Assembly: GCA_036677365.1 (NCBI GenBank)
Contig: JAVBWN010000003.1
Span: forward strand, 20,678 to 84,677
DNA length: 64,000 nt
From: Acholeplasma sp.
GTDB taxonomy: Bacteria > Bacillota_I > Bacilli_A > Acholeplasmatales > UBA5453
Direction of reading: 5' to 3'
Shown: one piece after another, positions 1 to 9,252 of the stretch
How the letters are laid out: each line of letters opens with the position of its first letter
Numbering within the stretch: the stretch's first letter is position 1
Notes under the pieces: model-generated
Database searches by the model: none
Seen by the model: the letters and a program-made list of their open reading frames with translations, nothing else
What the model was told of the DNA's origin: nothing
Program-made: the position numbers and the translations under genes

Positions 1-2
1 AA

Positions 3-1115
3 CCCGTCTATGATGATTTAGGTAACGTCATCGCGTTAGAAGGCATCATTATTGACCTCAATAAACGCCGTGAACGCGATTTAGAAATTGAACACATGAT
101 TTACCATGACCAACTCACCGGATTGAAAAACCGCCTCTATTTTGATGAATCTGTCGCCCTTTTAGATGAACAAGGGGCTTACCCATTTGGGCTATTGATC
201 GCCAACATCGATAATATGAAGATGATCAATGATAACTTTGGTAGAGCCGCCGGTGACCAAGTGATCTTAGATTTTACAAGCATTTTGAGAAATTACGAGA
301 AAAAAGACATTGTGGTGGCGAGAACCGGTGGCGATGAGTTTACGATGTTGCTTAAAAATTCAAGCAGCCAAGTGACCTACGATACGATGATTGAGATTCA
401 AGAAAAAGCGAAAGCTTTCAGTTATCAAGATCCGAGTGGGTTATCGTATCAACTCACCGTATCTTGTGGTTTTGAAACCAAACTCGACCATAAGACATCG
501 ATCAAAGACATCATCCGAAGTGCAGAAGATTTCATGCACAGACGTAAATTATTGGCACACAGTCGTTCAAATCGTGACTCCTTATCCTCGATTAAAGCAA
601 CCATGATTGCGAACTCACAAGAAACCCAAGACCACATGGAACGCATGGGCGAAATTGCCTTGAGGGTGGGTGTGAAATTGGGCTTGAAACAAACCACCAT
701 GGACGATTTATATTTGCTCGCGATGTTACACGATATCGGGAAAATTGGGGTGCCATTCCACATCATCAATAAACCAGGACCACTTTCTGAGGACGAATGG
801 GAAGTCATGAAACGACACCCGCTCATTGGCTATCAAATCGCCATTTCATCGGTGGATTTAAAACCGATCGCAGAAGGCATTTTGAACCACCACGAACGTT
901 TTGATGGTAAAGGTTATCCAAACCAAGTGAAGGGCAGAGACATCCCATTGATTGCGAGAATTGTCTCGATCATCGATGCCTATGACGCCATCACTCAAGA
1001 CAGACCATACCGACCGAAAAAATCGCACGAAGCAGCGATGGCAGAAATTAAAAAACACGCAGGTACACAGTTTGACCCAGATATCGTAGAGGTATTTGTT
1101 CATATATTCGATTAG
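3..1115 (+). CDS. (PAS/PAC)-GGDEF-HD-GYP c-di-GMP signalling protein, 5' truncated by window edge
   Basis: The frame is open from nt 3 (PVYDDLGNVIALEGIIID, a PAC-like end). It has DQLTGLKNR, RTGGDEF, and the HD-GYP motifs LHDIGK and HHERFDGKGYP. Confidence 0.9.
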   Translation, partial: PVYDDLGNVIALEGIIIDLNKRRERDLEIEHMIYHDQLTGLKNRLYFDESVALLDEQGAYPFGLLIANIDNMKMINDNFGRAAGDQVILDFTSILRNYEKKDIVVARTGGDEFTMLLKNSSSQVTYDTMIEIQEKAKAFSYQDPSGLSYQLTVSCGFETKLDHKTSIKDIIRSAEDFMHRRKLLAHSRSNRDSLSSIKATMIANSQETQDHMERMGEIALRVGVKLGLKQTTMDDLYLLAMLHDIGKIGVPFHIINKPGPLSEDEWEVMKRHPLIGYQIAISSVDLKPIAEGILNHHERFDGKGYPNQVKGRDIPLIARIVSIIDAYDAITQDRPYRPKKSHEAAMAEIKKHAGTQFDPDIVEVFVHIFD

Positions 1116-1126
1116 GAGAAAACCCT

Positions 1127-2491
1127 ATGGATGGCTTATTAAGAAGAATCAAAATCTTTTTGATCACTTTCATCAGCCTCCTTTCTCTATTGACGATTTT
1201 TGGTATATATAGCCCTTTATCCAGAACGATTGAAACAGAAAAACGGTTAAACTTCATCACGGCAGCGGAAATCTACCGTGATTCGGTCCAATCGTTCATT
1301 TCAATCTCGCTTCAAGAAGCCAACATCATCGCTTCAAACTACGATACCAAGACGAAAATGAAACAATATTGGGAGGGAGACATCGACCAAGCAGCTGTGA
1401 CTGCTTATTTTGCTGCGTCTTTTCCTGCCAATATGGCACTGTTTGACCATGTGGTGTACGCTGAGATTGGTACCAATCAATTTGTTTTATCGACGTATGG
1501 TACCCCGGTAGAAACGTATACCTATGCCGAAATCATCTATGATTTTTACGACCACGAGTTGATACCATTAGAAAGTAAGAACGTCTTACGTGTGACTTAC
1601 CCAGTCACGATGAATTTCACCAATATTGGTTATTTAATGATTTACTTCGATTTGAGTGACGCTTTGTCTTCGAATGAGACCTTGACCCTCAGTTTATTCA
1701 AGAATGACACCGCACTACAGTCCATCTATGCAGAAGCGAAAAGACTTGAAGTCGATGGTCGAATCGTGTATGTCCATCAAGACCACATCGATTTTGTCGG
1801 TGCCTTCGCAGGCAATCAAATCTTTTATGTCATATCGATGGCAAATGATGTTTTATATGGCAACACCAATTCGATTGTCAAATACGCGATCATCGCTTTG
1901 GTACTCATCATCATCATCGCGTTTACCCTCTTCAATACACTGATTTATCAAAAGGCAGATTCAATCGTTAAAGAAACCACGACCTTAAAAGATGAAATCA
2001 CGTTGATCGCCGATATCGATTCATTGACCGGGGCGTATTCTAGAAGTTACTTTGACCGCTACGCCAATGCTTTTGATTCACGCTATGAGGCAGGTTGGTT
2101 AGCCAGCCTCATCATGATTGACTTTGATAACCTGAAAGCCATCAACGATACCTATGGTCACTTGGCTGGGGATACGGTTTTACAAAATATTTCGAAACTG
2201 ATCAAAGAATCACTGCGTGCCAATGACCTATTCTTCAGATTCGGTGGCGATGAGTTTGTCCTTATTTTAGAAGACTGTGAATTGGAACTCGCTGAAAAGA
2301 TTGCGAGAAGGTTGAATCAAGAGATTTTGAAATCCTCCGAATCCTTACCTTATGTCGTATCGATTTCTTATGGGATTGCGAAACTGACACACAACAGTGA
2401 TTTAAAGAAAGTCATCCATGAAGCCGATTTGAATATGTATCAAGATAAAAAACAAAAAAATAAAAAAGATTACGATTTATTCGACGTTTAG
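1127..2491 (+). CDS. membrane-anchored diguanylate cyclase (GGDEF)
   Basis: Two TM segments flank an extracellular domain. Motifs DSLTG, DFDNLKAINDTYGHLAGD, RANDLFFRFGGDEF. Confidence 0.9.
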   Translation: MDGLLRRIKIFLITFISLLSLLTIFGIYSPLSRTIETEKRLNFITAAEIYRDSVQSFISISLQEANIIASNYDTKTKMKQYWEGDIDQAAVTAYFAASFPANMALFDHVVYAEIGTNQFVLSTYGTPVETYTYAEIIYDFYDHELIPLESKNVLRVTYPVTMNFTNIGYLMIYFDLSDALSSNETLTLSLFKNDTALQSIYAEAKRLEVDGRIVYVHQDHIDFVGAFAGNQIFYVISMANDVLYGNTNSIVKYAIIALVLIIIIAFTLFNTLIYQKADSIVKETTTLKDEITLIADIDSLTGAYSRSYFDRYANAFDSRYEAGWLASLIMIDFDNLKAINDTYGHLAGDTVLQNISKLIKESLRANDLFFRFGGDEFVLILEDCELELAEKIARRLNQEILKSSESLPYVVSISYGIAKLTHNSDLKKVIHEADLNMYQDKKQKNKKDYDLFDV

Positions 2492-2536
2492 ACCTCAACA
2501 ATCTAAACGTTTTGTTTTATAATAAGGGTAGGAGGT

Positions 2537-2986
2537 ATGGCCATGAAAAAATATGAAAAATGGATTTACCTTGGCTTATATGTGGTATTCACATTGATTT
2601 ATCTTCAATTACTCTTTGGATTTGCCCGTTATGAAGGGGCATCCGGCATTGTACTGTTTTTACTTACTATGATTTTATTCAATATCCCGTATGGTGTCTA
2701 CGCAGTTAAGGTTAAAACCAACCCGACAGCTTTAGCGTTATCCATACTATATTTCATTTGGTTCACAGTGGCTTTCTTCTTTATTGAAACCGAAGGTGCG
2801 GTATTACTGCCAAGATATTCAATCCATTATTTATGGATCGATGGGGCGTACTACCCAGCGAAACTGACAGCACTGAATGGTTATTTTGAAACGGTACTCG
2901 CGGTATCGGTTTACGCCATCCCATTATTATTGTTACTCAATATGGAACTCTTCAATAAATTCAAAAAGGACATCAAGAAAGGATAA
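2537..2986 (+). CDS. hypothetical membrane protein
   Basis: AGGAGG RBS, 149 aa, about 4 hydrophobic segments. Confidence 0.75.
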   Translation: MAMKKYEKWIYLGLYVVFTLIYLQLLFGFARYEGASGIVLFLLTMILFNIPYGVYAVKVKTNPTALALSILYFIWFTVAFFFIETEGAVLLPRYSIHYLWIDGAYYPAKLTALNGYFETVLAVSVYAIPLLLLLNMELFNKFKKDIKKG

Positions 2987-2990
2987 TACC

Positions 2991-3170
2991 ATGGACGAAC
3001 AAAACAAAGTTTTACAAGTATTAGAAGACGCAGGGATCCCGTTATCTCAAAAGGAAATCGAAGCCAAATCAGGTCTCGATACCAAAGTCGTCGAAAAAGC
3101 CATGAAAGCACTGAAGAAAGAAGAAAAGATTGTTTCTAAAGTGCGTTGTAAATGGGAACCGAATCGTTAA
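2991..3170 (+). CDS. small winged-helix HTH protein (59 aa)
   Basis: ATG at 2991 after AAGGA. The sequence LSQKEIEAKSGLDTKVVEKAMKALKKEEKI...RCKW is typical of a small wHTH. Confidence 0.75.
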   Translation: MDEQNKVLQVLEDAGIPLSQKEIEAKSGLDTKVVEKAMKALKKEEKIVSKVRCKWEPNR

Positions 3171-3212
3171 TGTAAGTATCCCTTTTGGGATATTTTTTCT
3201 AAGGAGGTACCG

Positions 3213-4214
3213 ATGGAACCAAAAATCAAAGCATTATTCGATGAATCGATGTTAGAAGGTGCGAAAACTCTTTATGATATGGATGAAGGTTCACTCAAGC
3301 TTTTAGGTGGGTTTGAATCATTTGTCTATGAATACACGAAGCACCAACAAAGTTATATTCTGAAAGTGACACACAGTTCCCACAGAACCAAAGATCAAAT
3401 CGATTCAGAGTTTGATTTCGTGAACTACTTATTTCTAAATGGTGGTAGGGTATCCAAACCAACCCTTACTCGTCATGGCAACTATACCCACAGAATCCCC
3501 CTCGATGAGGGTTATTTTACCTTGTCATCGACACAAAAAGCGGTGGGTAATCGACCAACCGATATATTAAATAATCCTGATTTGATTGATCAGTACGGTC
3601 AGACGATTGGTGGTTTTCACCACATCACGATGGGTTACCAACCTTCATTCAATATCGACAGAAGGTTCACCTGGTATGAAGACCCGTTGATTGTGGATTG
3701 TAAGAAATATTTAGATGAATCAGACCTGTTTGTGTATGACGCCTTAATCTCTGTGATGAATCAAATCAAACAAATCCCAATGACAAGTTCAAACTACGGG
3801 CTTATCCATACCGATATCCACCGTTCAAATTTCTTGGTGGATGAAGAAAACAAACTCACGGTATTTGATTTTGATGACGCGGCTTATTTTTATTTTATGA
3901 GTGATATCGCCATCGCAATTTTCTATACTGTCTTTTTCCATCCAAATAGACAAAATGTTTCAAAGGATTTCATCGTTAATTTGATGAAAGGGTATATGAA
4001 GAAACATACCATCACCAAGAGTGATTTCATGACACTCGATTTATTCTTTAGGTTGAGAATGATCATTTTATATGTGGCTTTGAAACGAAGTACACAAAAA
4101 ACAGATCCTTTCACTGAAAAATATAACAACTTATACCTCAATCTTATCCGCGACAATCAGCCATTTTTAGACCTCGATTTTGATAAGCTTTATGATGAAA
4201 TCATTCAAAAGTAA
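3213..4214 (+). CDS. phosphotransferase (APH / Ser-Thr kinase-like family)
   Basis: YGLIHTDIHRSNF (Brenner motif) and VFDFDD. Confidence 0.85.
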   Translation: MEPKIKALFDESMLEGAKTLYDMDEGSLKLLGGFESFVYEYTKHQQSYILKVTHSSHRTKDQIDSEFDFVNYLFLNGGRVSKPTLTRHGNYTHRIPLDEGYFTLSSTQKAVGNRPTDILNNPDLIDQYGQTIGGFHHITMGYQPSFNIDRRFTWYEDPLIVDCKKYLDESDLFVYDALISVMNQIKQIPMTSSNYGLIHTDIHRSNFLVDEENKLTVFDFDDAAYFYFMSDIAIAIFYTVFFHPNRQNVSKDFIVNLMKGYMKKHTITKSDFMTLDLFFRLRMIILYVALKRSTQKTDPFTEKYNNLYLNLIRDNQPFLDLDFDKLYDEIIQK

Positions 4215-4245
4215 TGTGATATAATACAGGAGGGAGAACGATATT

Positions 4246-5250
4246 ATGGCGAACATTAAAGGTGTCAATTTGGGTGGTTGGTTTGTCTTAGAAATGTGGA
4301 TGAGACCTGCATTATTCGAAGGCTTATCTGGACCAGATGAAACCCACTTTATGCAGCACCACAAAGACCCTCATGGGGCATTAGAAAGACATTACCAAAC
4401 CTTCATTACGGAAGAAGACTTTAAGTATTTAAAAGAACATGACGTCAAACAGGTGAGATTACCTGTACCTTGGTGGTTTTTAGGGACTGAACTCTACCAC
4501 CGTTCAAAAGAACACATCGACCGGGCATTTGAATATGCGAATCGATATGGCATTCAAATTCTTGTAGATTTACACACCGCCCCAGGGTGTCAAAATGGCT
4601 TTGACAATGGTGGTATTACCGGTGTCATCGACTGGCCAAAAGAAAAAAAGAACATCGATCAAACGATTGAAGTCTTAAAGACATTGACACAACTTTATCA
4701 TAAGAATGACGCCTTCTTAGGCATCCAAGTATTGAATGAACCGCACAGTTCAATCGATATCGATATCATTTTGGATTTTTATGAAAGAAGCTATAAAGCC
4801 ATTCGTAAAATCACTCAAAAGCTGATTGTATTCCATGACGCTTTTAGACCAAAACTCGATGTATGGCAAACCTTCTTTAAAAACAAAGTGAATGTGGCTT
4901 TCGATTTACACTTATACCACTGTTTTGACCCTAAAATCTATAATGGCGGTGAACTCAATCATTTGAAGGTCGTCCTTGAAGAACGTCATCAAATGATTCA
5001 AGACATCTCTAAATTCGTCAGAGTCATTGTTGGCGAATGGTCGTTAGGTCTGAAAGAAAATAAAGATGACTATAAAGACGCCTTCTCACACGACATTTTT
5101 GTTAGACTATTGGCCGATGCTCAACTCTATGTATATAATCAAGCATATGGGTTTTATTTCTGGAGTTATCGAATTGACCGCGAATCTCATTTGAACTGGG
5201 ATTTTAGACGTATGATTGAAGCGGAATTGTTACCAAAAAATTATAAATAA
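4246..5250 (+). CDS. GH5 glycoside hydrolase (exo-1,3-beta-glucanase-like)
   Basis: GVNLGGWFVLE, DLHTAPGCQNGFDN, NEP acid/base motif, VGEW nucleophile motif. Confidence 0.9.
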   Translation: MANIKGVNLGGWFVLEMWMRPALFEGLSGPDETHFMQHHKDPHGALERHYQTFITEEDFKYLKEHDVKQVRLPVPWWFLGTELYHRSKEHIDRAFEYANRYGIQILVDLHTAPGCQNGFDNGGITGVIDWPKEKKNIDQTIEVLKTLTQLYHKNDAFLGIQVLNEPHSSIDIDIILDFYERSYKAIRKITQKLIVFHDAFRPKLDVWQTFFKNKVNVAFDLHLYHCFDPKIYNGGELNHLKVVLEERHQMIQDISKFVRVIVGEWSLGLKENKDDYKDAFSHDIFVRLLADAQLYVYNQAYGFYFWSYRIDRESHLNWDFRRMIEAELLPKNYK

Positions 5251-5264
5251 TAAAGGAGAATCCC

Positions 5265-5570
5265 ATGAAAGCACTGTTTCATATCGATGAGAGACATAAA
5301 TGGCCGTTATTATCGATGAATATCAAAAACCTTCTCCAGGTGAGTCCAGTGATCAACATCGCTGTGATCATCAATTCGGAGGCGGTAGAATTATTCATAA
5401 AATCCACCGTGAAGCTTGAACCCAACGTGAAATATTACTTATGTGAGAACTCTTTAAAAACGAGAAATTTAAACCCAAACGATATCTTGCCTGGCACAGA
5501 AATCGTAAAGAGTGGGGTCTATCAAATTGTCTTACTTCAAAACCAAGGCTATGCTTATATTAAACCGTAA
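5265..5570 (+). CDS. DsrE-family protein
   Basis: LCENSL and SGVYQIVLLQNQGYAYIKP C-terminal signature. Confidence 0.8.
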   Translation: MKALFHIDERHKWPLLSMNIKNLLQVSPVINIAVIINSEAVELFIKSTVKLEPNVKYYLCENSLKTRNLNPNDILPGTEIVKSGVYQIVLLQNQGYAYIKP

Positions 5571-5631
5571 AAATCTTACGGTTTTTTTCTTGTTGAAATG
5601 TTATAATTAAATCAATGGTGAGGTTAATCCA

Positions 5632-6039
5632 ATGAAAAAAATATATATAATTATGATCTTATTTCTCATAACACTGTCTGGCTGTCAACAAAGTGATTTG
5701 ATTGTTCGTTACGCTGATAACTTGAATATCAAACAAGATGGGTTGATTTATCTTGTAGATGCATTTTATGAGAATGGGTCAAATTTGACCTTTAGAATCT
5801 CCATAGAAAATACCAACGATGAGTCACAAACAATCAAACTAGAAAACTTTTTTATCACAAGATTGAGTAATGATGTGGGTTACCCTGTCAATTGTCGAAT
5901 ATTTGATAATGAGGTAACAATATCAGCCGAATCAAAACAAAATCTATCGTGTGTGGTTGTTTTACCAACATCGATTGAAGATGAACATTATAAATTAACA
6001 TTCAACAAGTTTGTTTTTAACTTGTTTGAAAAGAAGTAA
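5632..6039 (+). CDS. putative lipoprotein (beta-rich / Ig-like)
   Basis: MKK, a hydrophobic stretch and an LSGC lipobox. Confidence 0.7.
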   Translation: MKKIYIIMILFLITLSGCQQSDLIVRYADNLNIKQDGLIYLVDAFYENGSNLTFRISIENTNDESQTIKLENFFITRLSNDVGYPVNCRIFDNEVTISAESKQNLSCVVVLPTSIEDEHYKLTFNKFVFNLFEKK

Positions 6040-6079
6040 GAAAGAAGTATTTAAATTTTGCAGTGATTAGGGGAAAACA

Positions 6080-7306
6080 ATGAAAAAAAGTAATGATATT
6101 AAAGTGGTTGAGTTATTCGCAGGTGTTGGCGGATTTAGAGTAGGCTTAGAGCAAGCATCGACAAGATTTAAAACAGTATATGCAAATCAATGGGAACCTG
6201 GGAAAAAAAGTGATTATCAATATGCGTATAAGTGTTACACATCTCATTTTGGAATTAGTGATAATTACACAAATATTGATATAGGAATCGTCAAAGACTC
6301 TATCCCCAAACATGATTTATTAGTTGGTGGATTTCCGTGTCAAGATTATAGTGTTGCTCATGGAAACAGTGCAAAAGGTATTGAAGGAAAAAAAGGAGTA
6401 CTTTGGTGGGAAATAAGGGACATAGTATCAAACAAAAAACCTAGTTTCATTTTATTAGAGAATGTAGATAGATTGATTAAATCTCCATCAAAACAAAGAG
6501 GAAGAGATTTCGGTATCATGTTAAGGACTCTACATGATGAAGGATACAATGTTGAATGGAGAATAATAAACGCTGCTGATTATGGTGAGGTTCAACGAAG
6601 AAGACGTGTATTCATTTTTGCTTATAAAACAGATATTTTGGGTTTATTTAATGATTATGACGATTGCAGTTTGTTGCTAAAAAATGGATTCTTTTCGGAT
6701 ATCTTTCCAGTGGATTCTACGTATTCAAAAATCAAAGATGTGAAAATAGGAAATAATGAGTTCAAAGATTTAGTTGAAGTATCAGATAACTTCACGTTCG
6801 AATTCTTAAATTCAGGAATAATGAGAAGCGGAAAAATCGTGACAATTGATACAAAACCGATTAAAACACAGAGTATGACTTTATATGATATTCTTGAAAA
6901 AAATGGTGTAGATGACAAATATTTCATCCTGAAAGATTTAGATAAGTTTCACGAATTAAAGGATACAAAAAGAATCCCAAGATTTACACCGGATTTAGAA
7001 ATCTATTACTATACAGAAGGAAAAATGAAATTACCTGATCCCATGGATAGACCAGCAAGGACGATATTGACTAGTGAAGCAAAAATAGCACGCACAACTC
7101 ATGTTGTTATTGATCCATTAACCAATAGAATGAGATTGTTAACCCCTTTAGAGTGTGAAAGACTAAATGGATTCAAAGACAATTGGACACTAACAGGAAT
7201 GCCTGAAAGTTATAGATATTTTTGCATGGGTAATGCTCTTGTAGTACCTCTTGTTACCAAAATGGGAAAAAAAATTATAGAAATGGTGGATAAAAAAGAT
7301 GAATGA
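6080..7306 (+). CDS. DNA (cytosine-5)-methyltransferase, M.Sau3AI-like
   Basis: Motif I ELFAGVGG, IV GFPCQD, VI ENV, VIII QRRRR, X GNA. Confidence 0.95.
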   Translation: MKKSNDIKVVELFAGVGGFRVGLEQASTRFKTVYANQWEPGKKSDYQYAYKCYTSHFGISDNYTNIDIGIVKDSIPKHDLLVGGFPCQDYSVAHGNSAKGIEGKKGVLWWEIRDIVSNKKPSFILLENVDRLIKSPSKQRGRDFGIMLRTLHDEGYNVEWRIINAADYGEVQRRRRVFIFAYKTDILGLFNDYDDCSLLLKNGFFSDIFPVDSTYSKIKDVKIGNNEFKDLVEVSDNFTFEFLNSGIMRSGKIVTIDTKPIKTQSMTLYDILEKNGVDDKYFILKDLDKFHELKDTKRIPRFTPDLEIYYYTEGKMKLPDPMDRPARTILTSEAKIARTTHVVIDPLTNRMRLLTPLECERLNGFKDNWTLTGMPESYRYFCMGNALVVPLVTKMGKKIIEMVDKKDE

Positions 7307-7973
7307 AGTGATTAGAAATGAAATAAAAGAAAAAATCCAAGAAATATTTCAACCTTATTATGGATTATCAACAGATTGTATAAAACAAAAATTTCAAATT
7401 AAATCTTCAGCAAAGAGCATTAACTCTATAATAATTTCTAAAATTTTCGATTTACCATCTCTAGATTTGGAAGTTGTGAAGTACATGAAGGATTACTTTT
7501 CTTTTAAGACAGTGTGTATTAATGACAAAAATCGTGTTACAGAAAGTATGTCTTTTCCGGCAATAAACTACTACGATATGATAAAAAATGATTGGGAAAA
7601 TTCAATCACATATAAGTATTTTTCAAGTAGATTAATTACTATTTTTACATTTAGGAAAAACGAAGATTCTACAATTTTTGAGAATGTTTGTTTCTTAGAG
7701 CTTAATTCTGAAGAATTGGTTCATATTGGAAATGTATGGAGGAAAGTAAAAGATCTTATAGTTAGTGATTCTTTAGTAATAGGTGGTAAAAACAACACTT
7801 CTGTAGAAAATTTCCCTAAGAAAGATGAAAATCCTATTATTCATGTGAGACCACATGATAACAATACTAGGGAAGGAAAAGTACTTCTTCCCAACGGAAG
7901 TAGGATTATCAATTATTGTTTCTGGTTAAACAACAACTTTATTGAAGAAAAAATCAAGGAGAAACAGTTATGA
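7299..7973 (+). CDS. single-domain MutH/Sau3AI-family protein (resembles the Sau3AI C-terminal domain)
   Basis: KTV...ESMSFP, NFPK..EN...HVRPH, LPNG...CFWLN. Only 224 aa, with no clear PD-(D/E)xK. Confidence 0.75.
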   Translation: MNEVIRNEIKEKIQEIFQPYYGLSTDCIKQKFQIKSSAKSINSIIISKIFDLPSLDLEVVKYMKDYFSFKTVCINDKNRVTESMSFPAINYYDMIKNDWENSITYKYFSSRLITIFTFRKNEDSTIFENVCFLELNSEELVHIGNVWRKVKDLIVSDSLVIGGKNNTSVENFPKKDENPIIHVRPHDNNTREGKVLLPNGSRIINYCFWLNNNFIEEKIKEKQL

Positions 7974-9247
7974 AGCAAAATATTAATGTTTTAGAATATG
8001 CTAATAAAATTGGTAAAGAAGTTCCTGACTGGTCGACAGATGGCATTCTTCTTGATGTGTATTTAGTGCCAATTAACAAGCTATACTACAACGATGAAAA
8101 TGGTAGAATTGCTACTTGGATTAGTGGATATAATGACGACCAAGGGGTAAAACCTTTAGAGGAACTTACTATCAAAGAATATAACGATTTGATTTCTAGC
8201 TATATAAAAAAATCAAATTCTACATCATCATTCAAGAAAACATACGACGATATAAAAACAAAAGGTCAAATTAGACCAGGAGTTGTATTAATCGATGGTA
8301 GGGTAGTTAGTGGTAATAGAAGATTTACAGTATTACGCGATTTGTACGAGGATACATCTGATGACAAATTCAATTACTTTAAATGTTTTATAATTGACAA
8401 GGACTTAAATGTTGATGAAAGTAGAAAGCAAATCAAGACTATTGAAAGGTTAACCCAATTTGGGGTAGATGAGAAGCAAGATTATGATCCAATTGATCGA
8501 CTAGTGGACATTTACAATGACTTAATTGGACCAAATAAAATTTGGACTATTGATGAATACCAAAAAAAGTTAAAATTAACAAAATCTGCTGTTTATCAGA
8601 TGTATTACAAAGCATTAGTAATGGTAGATTATCTTGAATACATAAATAAACCTGGAAAATTTCACATAGCCAGATATAAAAAGCTTGATGGTCCGTTACA
8701 AGAATTAGGCAGGCTTTACAAGGATTTAAATAGAAAAGAATGGAATAAGATTCGTATTTATTTTTATTCACAACTACAAAAAAATGGCGATAGGACTCGA
8801 GATATCCGGGATTCTATTACAACTTACAAAAACAAGACAAACGAATTCTATGATTTATGCAGTCAATTGGAGAAAAGCATTCAAGAAGAAGAAAGAAATC
8901 ACATAATAAATGAAAGTCAATATTCGATTGCAGAAAATGCGGATAGTCAATTATCGTCAGATAGTCAATTATCACCAGATAGTGAAAAACCAATTTTTGA
9001 TTTAGGCACAACAATTATAGACAAAGTGTTGACTCCAGAAACAAATAATCAGTTTTTTGATTTAACATTTCAAGCAATTGCAGAGAAAAAAAGAGCAGAC
9101 AAAATCAAAAAAATTGGTGACTCCCTTGACAGTTTAATACTTAACATTCAAGATGCTGTTAGTATAGCCAAAGAAGATGAAAAACATATGCTGCTCCTAA
9201 AAATAGAAGAATTTATCCGTATAGTAGCAATCTTTTCTGAAAAGTAA
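7970..9247 (+). CDS. ParB/Srx-like N-terminal domain protein
   Basis: NDENGRI...GQIRPGVVLIDGRVVSGNRR (ParB-like GxxR box) followed by a helical C-terminus. Confidence 0.7.
   Translation: MKQNINVLEYANKIGKEVPDWSTDGILLDVYLVPINKLYYNDENGRIATWISGYNDDQGVKPLEELTIKEYNDLISSYIKKSNSTSSFKKTYDDIKTKGQIRPGVVLIDGRVVSGNRRFTVLRDLYEDTSDDKFNYFKCFIIDKDLNVDESRKQIKTIERLTQFGVDEKQDYDPIDRLVDIYNDLIGPNKIWTIDEYQKKLKLTKSAVYQMYYKALVMVDYLEYINKPGKFHIARYKKLDGPLQELGRLYKDLNRKEWNKIRIYFYSQLQKNGDRTRDIRDSITTYKNKTNEFYDLCSQLEKSIQEEERNHIINESQYSIAENADSQLSSDSQLSPDSEKPIFDLGTTIIDKVLTPETNNQFFDLTFQAIAEKKRADKIKKIGDSLDSLILNIQDAVSIAKEDEKHMLLLKIEEFIRIVAIFSEK
8942..8983 (+). repeat. 18-bp tandem repeat (about 2.3 copies) in a linker of the ParB-like protein
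   Basis: GATAGTCAATTATCGTCA GATAGTCAATTATCACCA GATAGT encodes DSQLSS DSQLSP DS. Confidence 0.8.
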
Positions 9248-9252
9248 CGACA

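Noticed and set aside
7970..9247. Plasmid or chromosome partition locus
   Set aside because: No parA, rep gene or parS-like repeats nearby. The context is a methyltransferase and helicase operon.
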